Source: Hemiscyllium ocellatum (lineage: Eukaryota). From it: a stretch of DNA of 64,000 bases. Every line of letters begins with the position of its first letter. Positions within the stretch are counted from its first letter, which is position 1. The stretch lies in assembly GCF_020745735.1 (NCBI RefSeq), contig NC_083435.1, positions 11,129,201 through 11,193,200 on the forward strand. The letters are read 5' to 3'. The notes beneath the pieces are model-generated. The model was not told the origin of the DNA, did not search any database, and saw nothing but the letters and a program-made list of their open reading frames with translations. Position numbers and translations under genes: made by a program. Shown one piece after another: positions 47,888 to 57,590 of this stretch.

Positions 47888-48119
47888 TGGTGTAGGCACT
47901 GCCCAAGGTACCTAGTTATTGACCAATCACCTGTAGGCACTGCCTACTGTACCCAGTGAGTGACCAATCACATGGTGTAGGCATTGCCTACTGTACCCAA
48001 GGAGTGACCAATCACATGGTGTAGGCATTGCCTACTGTACCCAAGGAGTGACCAATCACATGGTGTAGGCACTGCCCACTGCACCCAATGAGTGACCAAT
48101 CACATGGTCTAGGCATTGT
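47888..48119. repeat. 44-bp tandem repeat, ~5.3 units, each with a CCAAT box and a gtaggca-t-tgcctac palindrome
   Basis: Unit tggtgtaggcattgcctactgtacccaaggagtgaccaatcaca; CCAAT at 47923, 47964, 48008, 48052, 48096. Confidence 0.93.
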
Positions 48120-48424
48120 ACACAGAGGGAGCGTTTGCTTGGGCAGTCAGTGTTGCTTCAATCAAGGTCAGAGTGATTAACTGGTCTACATTCAAAGAGA
48201 TCTGGTGTTGGTTCTTGCAGTGAGCTGGGTATAAGATATACAGCCATTTTTATACAGAGGTTACTGTCACGATACTGTGTTATAAATTGTGTTCACATGT
48301 CACATTTGGATGGAAAGCAGCACTTACCAGTGGCTATGTGATGGGCAGTTTATAATACCTTTCTAAGTACATCAGTTTGCAAGATGGTGATGCTTAGCAA
48401 GAGTGTAGTGTTTACAGCAGTTAA

Positions 48425-48510
48425 ATATACACAACACCAGGTTAAAGTCCAACAGGTTTATTTGGCAGCACTAAGCTTTCGGAGCACTGCTCCTTCATCA
48501 GATGGTTGTG
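48425..48510 (-). mobile_element. Short Penelope terminus (family B) starting at a hammerhead motif
   Basis: Minus strand catctgatgaaggagcagtgctccgaaagcttagtgctgccaaataaacctgttggact. Confidence 0.8.
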
Positions 48511-48605
48511 AACCCGTCATCTCGAAACCACGTCTGGTTTGTCTTAGCCGAGTTTCTTCTTCCTCAAAGTAAAGTTTACAATGTCTGCCTCTGTCTGGCT
48601 CCTAG

Positions 48606-48791
48606 TTCGGGAAGACAGCTGTGATGGAACTCCTGTGATGATCAGAGGCCCAAAGACACACAGCAGCTCTGGGCGTGGGGAAGGCGTCTGGATGAAGGAC
48701 TCTGTGATCAATCAGGACCGGGTCTATGTGGCCAACTATTTCTTCGGCACCACCTTGATCGAGTTTCGTAACCTGGAGTATTTCAAACTGG
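48606..48791 (+). CDS. OLFML2: OLFML2-like exon 6 (start of olfactomedin domain)
   Basis: REDSCDGTPVMIRGPKTHSSSGRGEGVWMKDS...RVYVANYFFGTTLIEFRNLEYFKLG; 186 nt, phase 1-1. Confidence 0.95.
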
Positions 48792-48924
48792 GTAAGCTTT
48801 CCTAAATAACACAGTCTTTACAGGATGGGGAGATGGCCATTCAGACCATCAGCTCCGGCCTCTCCAATGCTCAATTTAGTTGACTCTTAAATACCCTCCA
48901 GCAGGCTACTCAGTTCAAGGGCAA

Positions 48925-49220
48925 TTAGATTAGATTCCCTACAGTGCGGAATTAGGCCCTTCGGCCCAACCAGTCCACACCAACCCTCCGAAGAATAACT
49001 TATCCAGACCCATTTCCCTCTGACTAATGCATCTAGCACTATGGGCAATTTAGCATGGCCAATTCACATAACCTGCACATGTTTGGACTGTGGGAGGAAC
49101 CCACGCAGACACAGGGCGAACATGCAAACACCACACAGACAGTTGCCCAAGGCTGGAACTGAATCTGGGACCCTGGTGCTGCGAGGCAGCAGTGCTAACC
49201 ACTGACCCACCGTGCTGCCT
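48925..49220 (-). mobile_element. HE1-type V-SINE
   Basis: Reverse complement begins ggcagcacggtgggtcagtggttagcactgctgcc. Confidence 0.9.
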
Positions 49221-49615
49221 TGTGAGTGAAAAACACACCATGAAAGAATAAAGAAATCATCACAATTGTTTCCGATGATGACTCCTGTCTTTAACAGTCG
49301 AAGCTGTCCTAAGGAGATTTATAATGTCTGCTGTGGTTTCAATAATGAGGTGGATTGCACGGACCAGCCTTGTGTTCCCTCGAGAACAGAAATGAATGTG
49401 ATCAGTTTGAGTTAAGCAAGGATAAAGGGAATTCATTCAGCTGCACACCCCTGTGCCACTCCAAGTATCCCTTCAAAGATCGATCCAAACCCCTTACGTC
49501 AGCTACTGCTGAATATGCTGCTGCTGCACTTTCAGGCAGTGGGTTGCACAACAAGACAACTCTCAGTTTTTCAAGGACAACTCTCTCAGTAAAAGCAATA
49601 TGAGCCTGCCTGAAT

Positions 49616-49925
49616 AGGTGGCACAGTGGCCAGCACTGCTGTCTCGCAACAGCAGGGACCTAAGTTCGATTCCAGCCTCAGGTGACTCTGTGTGGAGTTT
49701 GCACATTCTCCCCATGTCTGTGTGGGTTTCCTCTGGGTACTTCAGTTTCTTTCCTCAGTCCATAGATGTGCAGGTTAGGTGAATTTGTCATGTTAAATTG
49801 CCCATAGTGTTTAGGTGCATTAGTCAGGGGTAAGTACAGGGTAGGGGAATGGATCTGGGTGGGTTTCTCTTTGGTGAGTTAGTGTGGGCAGTCAAAGGGC
49901 CTGTTTCCACACTATAGAGATTCTA
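49616..49925 (+). mobile_element. HE1-type V-SINE
   Basis: ggtggcacagtggccagcactgctgtctc... cctgtttccacactatagagattcta. Confidence 0.9.
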
Positions 49926-50997
49926 AAAAATACTCTTGTCTGTGAGTATTTGAGTCTGTGAGGCTCGAATCTGTATTGAGCCTTGAACCCAAGAGACAAG
50001 AGTGTCCAAGTTTCCAGTGAAACTCCTGGTGAGTTCTTGCTGGAATGGGGCCCACAGCCTGGTGGTTAGTTTGATTGTTTGTCACAGTTAATATTGTGAG
50101 GCACAAGTCTGCCTTCAATATGCGGTTCACTCCAGTAATACTTAGCTTTGCATGCAACTGAAATACATTGGGACTCCAGCCAAGGTTATGGGCACATTGG
50201 GTTCAAACCGTTTAACTAGTCAGCATGAACATCTGTCTATCAGCAGTGAATGAGACATTCCAAAGGATGTCTTTGAAATGTTCCTTATTGCCTTCATTTC
50301 CCAGCACACCACCCTACGGGGATTCATGCCTGCTAACTCCGATTGGCTTTATAAGACCATAAGAAGTGGGCCATTCAGTCCATCGAATCTGCTCTGCCAG
50401 TCAATGAAATAATGACAATCCTCATGTATGTCTTTTTCCCATCACCCTTGATTCTCTTCTTGTTTAAAAATCTATTGCAGCCTTGAAGATATTTAATGAC
50501 CCTGCCTCGACAACCCTATTTTGTAGACTGGGTGTTGAGCTGACCCTGAACACTTACCTCAACTATGATTGAATGGTGGAGCAGACTGGATGGGCAGAAT
50601 GGCCTAATTTCTGCTCCTGTGTCTTATGGCACCCACATCCTGCCCCAGGGTAGGGGCTGGGTGTGGATGGGATGCTCTTTGGAGGGTCCGTGCAGGCTCA
50701 ATGGGGAAACCCGCTGAGGTTTCTCTCTGCTTGTCCCAGGTCGATGTCTAAGTGGTCCCTTTTGTCATTACTCAACCAGGGGTGGGTTAGAATTGTCCCT
50801 CTGGCGTACTCGGGACCAACCCCGACATGACAGTGAGGCAAAGCACCACATTTTCTGGTCGCGGGGGAGCTGACAAACTGAAAATATTTACGAAGTTCAG
50901 AAGCGCTGTTACGGCGCTACACAAATGTGTAAATTGTTGCTGTTGTGTATGGAGACGCGCTGACCTCCAGTTGCCCCCCTCTTCGCTTCCTCCGCAG

Positions 50998-51605
50998 GCC
51001 GCTGGAGCAACACGTACAAGCTGCCGTCGAGCTGGATGGGGACTGGGCACGCCGTCTACAACGGCTCCTTCTACTACAACAAGGCGTACACGCGGAACCT
51101 GATCCGCTTTGACCTGCGGCTCCGGGCGGTGGCGAGCTGGACCGCGCTGGACGAGCTGGGCAGGGGCTCCGGCGGCGACGGCACCTTCCGCTGGAAGGGC
51201 TACTCCGAGGTGGACTTCACGGTGGACGAGGGCGGCCTCTGGGTGGCCTACTTCTCCAACGACTTCGGCTACCTGTCCGAAGAGGTGCTGGTGCTCAGCC
51301 GCCTGGACCCCGTCGACCTGACCGCCCGGAAAGAGACCACTTGGAGAACCCCGCTCCGGCGCGCCTCCTACCGCAACTACTTCCTGATCTGCGGCGTCCT
51401 GTACGCGATGGGACTGCGGGGCCAGACGGAGGGCACTGTCAGCTACGCCTTCGACACCCACACCGGCTCCGAGTCAAACCCAGGGCTGAGAATTCAAAGC
51501 AAATACTCTTACCTCACCCAGATAGACTACAACCCCAACGACAAGCTCCTGTACGCTTGGGATAATGGATTCCAAGTCACTTACGATGTGATGTTTACTT
51601 ACTGA
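50998..51605 (+). CDS. OLFML2: OLFML2-like exon 7 (olfactomedin beta-propeller, stop TGA at 51603-51605)
   Basis: GRWSNTYKLPSSWMGTGHAVYNGSFYYNK...VDFTVDEGGLWVAY...LSRLDP.DL..KETTWRT...LICGVLYA...SYAFDTHT...QIDYNPNDKLLYAWDNGFQVTY; cttcctccgcAG acceptor, phase 1. Confidence 0.97.
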
Positions 51606-52065
51606 CGCCAGCCCCCTCCCCCCCCAGTCCGAATCCCAATCGCAGTGTGGGCTGAGATCTTGCTCCAGAAATAGAGTTTTATGTTTTGTTTTGCACTGGA
51701 CATGGGCTCTGACTACTCAGCTCAGAGCCAGTCCCTAGACTGAGGAGACCTTCTGAACCGCCTGTTTATTCATTTTTGTTCTAATGTTTAAAAACCAAAC
51801 GGAAATAACTGCACAGAAGCCAGTATCTCGCCAGCAATTCACTCTTTATTTACATGTGCACAATAAGTGGGCTCTGACCCTCACAATAAGTGAGCCAGGC
51901 CCTGGACTGAGGAGACCTTCTGTTGTTTTTTCTGAGGAAACTGCTGTTTATCTTTTTCAGTATTCCGCCACGCTACCAGTGTGCATCAATAGTGCTTATT
52001 TCACCCACACAGTGTGTGCGATACCCTGTATATATGCAGTGACTCAGCAAAGACACCATTGTGTA

Positions 52066-52071
52066 AATAAA
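52066..52071 (+). terminator. Candidate polyadenylation signal of the OLFML2-like gene
   Basis: AATAAA preceded by TGTA elements, ~460 nt after the stop codon. Confidence 0.55.
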
Positions 52072-52539
52072 TTTTATTCAATATTTTCATCACCATCACA
52101 CATGCGGCCAGTGAACCAGCAACATGTAGTTTCATAATTCAGAAGCCGGCTAATCTAGCCTTTCCCATTGCTTTTATGTCCACCCCACACCCTCCTCTCC
52201 ATCTCAACAACCAACATACTGATACGTTCAACCCATCTCTTCAGGGATGTTAAGACACACGCACGGCGATTGAGAAGTATTTCGGGCCAGGGCTGGAAAA
52301 TGCAATTAGAATAGTCAGGTGTTTGTTTTTAAACTGGTGCACGTTCGACGGGCCGAACAGCTTTTTAGTTCCCATGCTCTGGACTTCAGAAGCAGGTGCT
52401 CCTTTATGAGTCTCCTGGCTCAGAGGTAGGGACATGATCACAGTGCCACAAGAGCCCCCACCCCTCCAACAAACATACTCCCTCCACTCTTCCTGTGCTA
52501 CTTTGGATTTGCTGTAACTGTGTCGATACTGTCCACCTT

Positions 52540-53400
52540 AAGTCTCACAACATGGAAACAGACCTTTCAGTCCATCCAGACTACGTTCCCAAACTTAAAT
52601 AGTCCCACCTGCCTGCACTTGGCCCTTATGCATCTCAATCTTTCCAATAGCTGGATAGGCCGTCCTGATCGCTGTCGTATTTGGGGGGCATGTTAGAGAA
52701 ACAGGACGGGTTGTCTAAGAGGTGGCCGGAAAGGGCGGGAGGGGTGTCAGGGCGGACCAAGAGCCGGAAAGGCGGGAGGGGTGGGCTGCCTTAGAGTGAC
52801 CGGAAGGTGGGAGGGACGGATGGCTTGTTGGTTTGCTGGGGCGGGTCTGTATTCTATGCACTGTTTTCTTGATCTAATTGGACTGTCTTGTAGGTATTTG
52901 TTACTGTTTTGTGATGTCTGAAAGTGGGATTTGAGATTTGTCCTCATTTCCCTGAAAACTGGTTAACCGTAGGGTTTGCTTTGCCGCTCCTCTTCCTTGT
53001 AAAATAGCTGTTTCGCTGTATACAGCAGGTAATGTTAATTGTTTTGTAAACTGTATTGTTTAATATAATAAAATAAATCCTTCCTATCATGTAATTACCC
53101 AAAGATTTTGTAATGTTGTAACCAAACCGTCCACCGCTTTCTCTAGAAGTTCATTTCACACATGAACCACTCAGTGTGAACAAGTTGCTGCTTAAGTTTT
53201 TAATTGTTTCTCCTTTCACTTTTTACATATGCCCCCTCCCTCCCTCCCTCCCTCCCAGAGAAATACCTTTGCCATTCACCTTATCTCAACCTCCTATGTT
53301 CCAGGGGAAAAAGTCTCAATCTTTCCAGACTATTTTTGCAACTCAAAACCTCCACTCCCAACAACACCATCTTCCGAACCCTCTCCACTTCCTGTAACTG
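52540..53400 (-). mobile_element. CR1 3' end, interrupted by a ~430-bp unclassified insert (52646-53075)
   Basis: catggaaacagacctttcag...cctgcacttggccc resumes after the insert as ccttcctatcatg..., collinear with the 17140-17500 copy. Confidence 0.65.
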
Positions 53401-54984
53401 GGCCTCGTGGTGCTCTCTGGCGGGTGAGATGTCAATGTGAGATCATTGGTTACTGTCTGCCGTGAGACGCCATTCTGAAGGAGAGATCCTCAGTGCCCTG
53501 GTCAGTACTTACTCCTCAGTCAATGTCACTGCAGGCGGATACACCGTTCAATTCTCTGATAGAAACGTAGGAACAAGAGGAGGCCATTCAGCTCCTCCAG
53601 CCTGTTCTGCAATTCGATGAGATCATGACCAATTTGCCCAACTCCGTATATCTGTCTGAGGGGGAAGATTTTAAAAAGGAGAAAGTAATAACTTGTAAAA
53701 GGGAACTTGAGAGGAAGAGGGGACATGAGACTCCGGGGAAAGGGGAGGGGTAAGTGGAACTCTGGGGAAAGTTTGGAGGGGGGGGGAGTGATAGCTCTGC
53801 TGTAGAAATGGCACCTATAGGAGGGGATGAATGACCTTTTCCAGCACTAGACTATTCACCCAATCGTCAGGAGAGAGCTTAGAAAGTGAACTGCTGCTGA
53901 GCTATTCAACTGTGGTAGGCCTCATTGACCAGGCAATGTAGATTGACCTACCCTGAAAAGCTGTGCGTTCTATTCTGTTTTGATGACCATTGGGAGGATA
54001 AGTTGGAATTTTAGCAGCGCTCCCCTCTGCCACCTTTCTCAAACGGTCAGAAGGCAGGCTGGGGTTGGCAGTAATAGCCTCCCTTAACCTGAGAGCAGTA
54101 CCTGTGAACTTGACAAACCTCCATCGGGGTGGCTGGAATCAGCTCAGTAAGAAGTATAGATCGAAAGCCTGAACCGTATAAACCTGTTTGTTTCAATATT
54201 GTACTAAACCAGCATGGTCGTAGTTTCATTGAAGTTGACAGCTCAGCGCTGTGCGGATCCAGCAAGTTGAGGGACAGCACGATCACGCTGCTCCGGCCCA
54301 GTGTATAGCCCGCATACCAGTGTCCAGGCTGACACTGCCATTGCAGTTCGGAGCGTGTACAGCCCTGTCTGAGGGACCGGAGAGATGTGGAACCGCGCCC
54401 TCACTGTTAAGAGAGTAGAGTTTTCGGTGCAGGACAGGCAGATTCTCCCCGATGTCCATGCCAATAGTTATCGCTCTACCCTGGGAGCTTGCTGTGCTTT
54501 CCGTTACAGCTGTGACCACACTTCAGAAGTGCTCTCTACATGACTGTTGAAATGTGGTGCGGCTCTGGTCAAGCTTGCGAAAGGCGCTATGTAAATGCAT
54601 TTTTTTGTGTGTGTGTTTACCACAGAGCGCCAGCTCATTCTCTGATTTAAATTTTGCAGCGAAGCTTTGGAGGAGCAGGAAAATCGACTTTCGGGCAGGA
54701 GCCCTTCACCAGCATCCTCGGATTCTGCCTGACCTGCTGTGCTTTTCCAGCACCACTCTAATCTTGATTCCCACTTCAGATACAGCAGGGACATTTCAAG
54801 ACCAATTATTTGCTGCAGTCGCGTGCATTTCTGTGGTCTGGGGAACACACCAATTCCGAACCAATTTGTGGCAACTTGTTTCCTCCACTGAGGTTTGAAG
54901 ATCATTAGCAACTTCCTTCTAGTTGCTCCTTGGCAGCAGTTCTGGTACAAAAAAAAGCCTTAAATCCATGTGCCCACCACGAGA

Positions 54985-55875
54985 GGCGGAAATTATCCGT
55001 CGACATTTCCGCCATCTCCAAAAAGACCCCGCCACCAGGGATATATTTCCCTCCACACCCCTTTGCGCCTTCCGCAAAGACCGTTCCCTCTGTGACTACC
55101 TGGTTGGGTCCACCCCCCCTTCCAACCCACCCTCCCATCCTGGCACTTTCCCCTGCCACTGCAGGAATTGCAAAACCTGCGCCCACACCTCCTCCCTCAC
55201 CTCTATCCAAGGCCCTAAAGGAGCCTTCCACATCCAAAGTTTTACCTGCACATCCATTAATACCATTTATTGTATCCATTGCTCCCGATGCGGTCTCCTC
55301 TACATTGGGGAGACTGGGCGCCTCCTAGCAGAATGCTTTAGGGAACATCTCTGGGACACCCATACCAATCAACCTCAAACCGTGGCCCAACATTTCAACT
55401 TCCCTCCCACTCTGCCGAGGACATGGAGGTCCTGGGCCTCTTCATTGCCACTCCCTCACCACCAGATGCCTGGAGGAAGCCTTATCTTCCGCCTCAGAAC
55501 ACTTCAACCCCAGGGCATCAATATTGACTTCAACAGTTTCCTCATTTCCCCTTCCCCCACCTCACCCTAGTTCCAAACTTCCGCTCAGGACTGTCCCCAT
55601 GACTTGTCCGGACTTGTCCTGCCTGCCTAGTTCCTTTTCCACCTATCTACTCCACTCTCTCCTCCCTAACCTATCACCTTCATCTCCTCCCCCGCTCACC
55701 CATTGTACTCTATGCTACTTTCTCCCCATCCCTACCCTCCTCTAGCTTATCTCTCCACACTTCAGGCTCACTGCCTTTATTCCTGACGAAGGGCTTTTGC
55801 CCGAATCGTCGATTCCGTTGCACTTTGGATGCTGCCTGAACTGCTGTGCTCTTCCAGCACCACTAATCCAGAATC
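54985..55875 (+). mobile_element. 5'-truncated Penelope-like element (GIY-YIG endonuclease plus terminus)
   Basis: HFRHLQKDPATRDIFPS...GTFPCHCRNCKTC...FTCTSINTIYCIHCSRCGLLYIGETGR.LAECFREHL; terminal hammerhead has GAAA changed to GAAT. Confidence 0.93.
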
Positions 55876-55879
55876 CTAT

Positions 55880-56328
55880 ACTCAATGCTCTGACCAATAA
55901 AAGAAAGCATACCAAACACCTTCTTCACTATCCAATCTACCTGCGACTCCAAATGTCTCACTTCCCAGGAGTTTACCATTAAGTGTGTAAGTCCTGCTCT
56001 GATTTGCCTTTCCAAAATACACTTTGCATTTATTTAAATTAAACTCCATCTGCCACTCCTCAGGCCATGTGATCAAGATCCCGTTGTAATCCGAGGTAAC
56101 CTTCTCCACTGTCCACTACACCTCCAATTTTGGCGTCACCTACAAACTTACTAACTATACCTCTTATGCTCACATCCAAATCGTTTGCATAAGTGACGAA
56201 AAGCAGTGGACCCAGCACCTATCCTTGCGGCACATCACTGGTCACAGGCCTCCAGTCTGAAAAGCAACCCTCCATCATCACTCTCTGTCTTTGAGCCAGT
56301 TCTGTCTCCGAATGTCTAGTTCTCCCTA
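55880..56328 (-). mobile_element. CR1 RT fragment
   Basis: EEWQMEFNLNKCKV.FGKANQSRTYTLNGK; reverse complement of the 35150-35660 region. Confidence 0.85.
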
Positions 56329-56880
56329 AGGAACATAAAACACTGCAACTTGTGGAAACTCTCCTCGGTTAAATATTGCACCATCCCTCGGACTGTCTCG
56401 GGAATCCCAAACAGCCTTCACTACAGTGGGAGGTGTAATATCGCTCACAGCGAGGCCAGTTACGGCCCTCAGCGCTTTCCGAAGAATGTAGCTAGCATGG
56501 CGAGAAAGTCGATATTTGAAGAGATGACAGAAACCGGCGTGGTACCCCTTGGGAGAGTGAAGATCATGGGGAGATTTCGTCACCGTTTTAATAGAGGGGG
56601 AAAAGATTTCCATTGGTTCATTGGTCACCATCAGAGGACAGGGACTTAAGGAGATTGGCAGAAAGTGGAAGGTGGGGGAGTAGGGGATCTTCATCAAAAG
56701 CAAATTTTTGTGATCTAGGGATGCACTTGGTGGGACCTAGATTTACGGGAACCAACCCAATCGACAACTAAAAATTTTTTTGTGGGGTGCGGTGAAAGAA
56801 TGGATAAGTTCCTCCCAAGATTTGACAGAAGGGCGATGGGCCGAAAGGCATCCGGCTGTACCGTATCGTTCTGTTTTTTC
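56329..56880 (+). mobile_element. Hyper-diverged, CpG-rich CR1-like 3' end
   Basis: Collinear anchors to the CR1 tail: cagaggacagggacttaaggagattggcagaa (~56632), ttgtgatctagggatgcact (~56708), gatgggccgaaaggcatcc..ctgtaccgtatcgttct (~56835). Confidence 0.5.
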
Positions 56881-57439
56881 AAACACGCCCCAATTGGATG
56901 GAACGGACCCAGTTTCAACCTGAGAACATTGCTCGTCATCTCGTCTCAGATAGCACTCGGAATGCAGCCAAAGCCCCTAAACCTGAGCGTCTCCCACCCA
57001 ACCCCTTTCATGGCGGCCACGCTGCACAGTGTGAGGAAGACTGGACTCTCAATACCAAAGCCGTGACTTTGCTGTTCCCCACAACAAAAGGATGCTTGCT
57101 GGTGGAAGCAAAATAGGAACAGAAATATCTTCTTGGCAGAACATCAGACACCCCGAGCGCTCCAAAGTCATCCTGACTACACACGCCCCACTTTCTCGGA
57201 ACCGATAAGCAGACGGAGGTCATACGTTCACACGCTCCCTAACATGGCACTGAGTTTACGCTGTCTTAGTACATCACAGAAAACACATCAGTGTGCGAAT
57301 CTGATAAATACCGTCGTCTCATTAAATCTGGGTTTAATCCCGTCAGCTGTACGACTGGAATGTTTTAATCGCTCTGTAACTACTTTATTTCTTGTACATT
57401 CCATACGCGCACATGATTTGGAGCCGCTATGGGACTGGG

Positions 57440-57590
57440 GTGTAAAGTTACAGATCACAACACCAGGTTATGGTCCAACAGGTTTATTTGGAAGCACTAG
57501 CTTTTTGAGTGCTGCTCATTCAGCAGCGCTGCTCAAGCTAATGCTTCCAAATAAAGCTGTTAGATTATAACCTGGCGATGTGCGATTTTA
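57440..57590. mobile_element. Fold-back of two family-B Penelope termini joined at the hammerhead region
   Basis: ccaggttatggtccaacaggtttatttggaagcactagct ... agctaatgcttccaaataaagctgttagattataacctgg form inverted arms. Confidence 0.75.

Noticed and set aside
47888-48119. CRISPR-like appearance of palindromic repeats (also 18080-18480)
   Set aside because: Units are contiguous with no unique spacers, there are no cas genes, and the context is a vertebrate intron.
50787-51461. 224-aa minus-strand ORF
   Set aside because: It is the antisense shadow of the GC-rich olfactomedin exon.
56326-56939. Minus-strand non-LTR RT-like motifs (FRPIALLSNLGR, AFD, GVP) suggesting a novel LINE or viral insert
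   Set aside because: The motifs need several frameshifts, and the same bases align collinearly with a plus-strand CR1 3' end and UTR, so the match is probably chance.
57133-57570. 145-aa ORF
   Set aside because: It runs through the anomalous block into a Penelope fold-back and has no domain.
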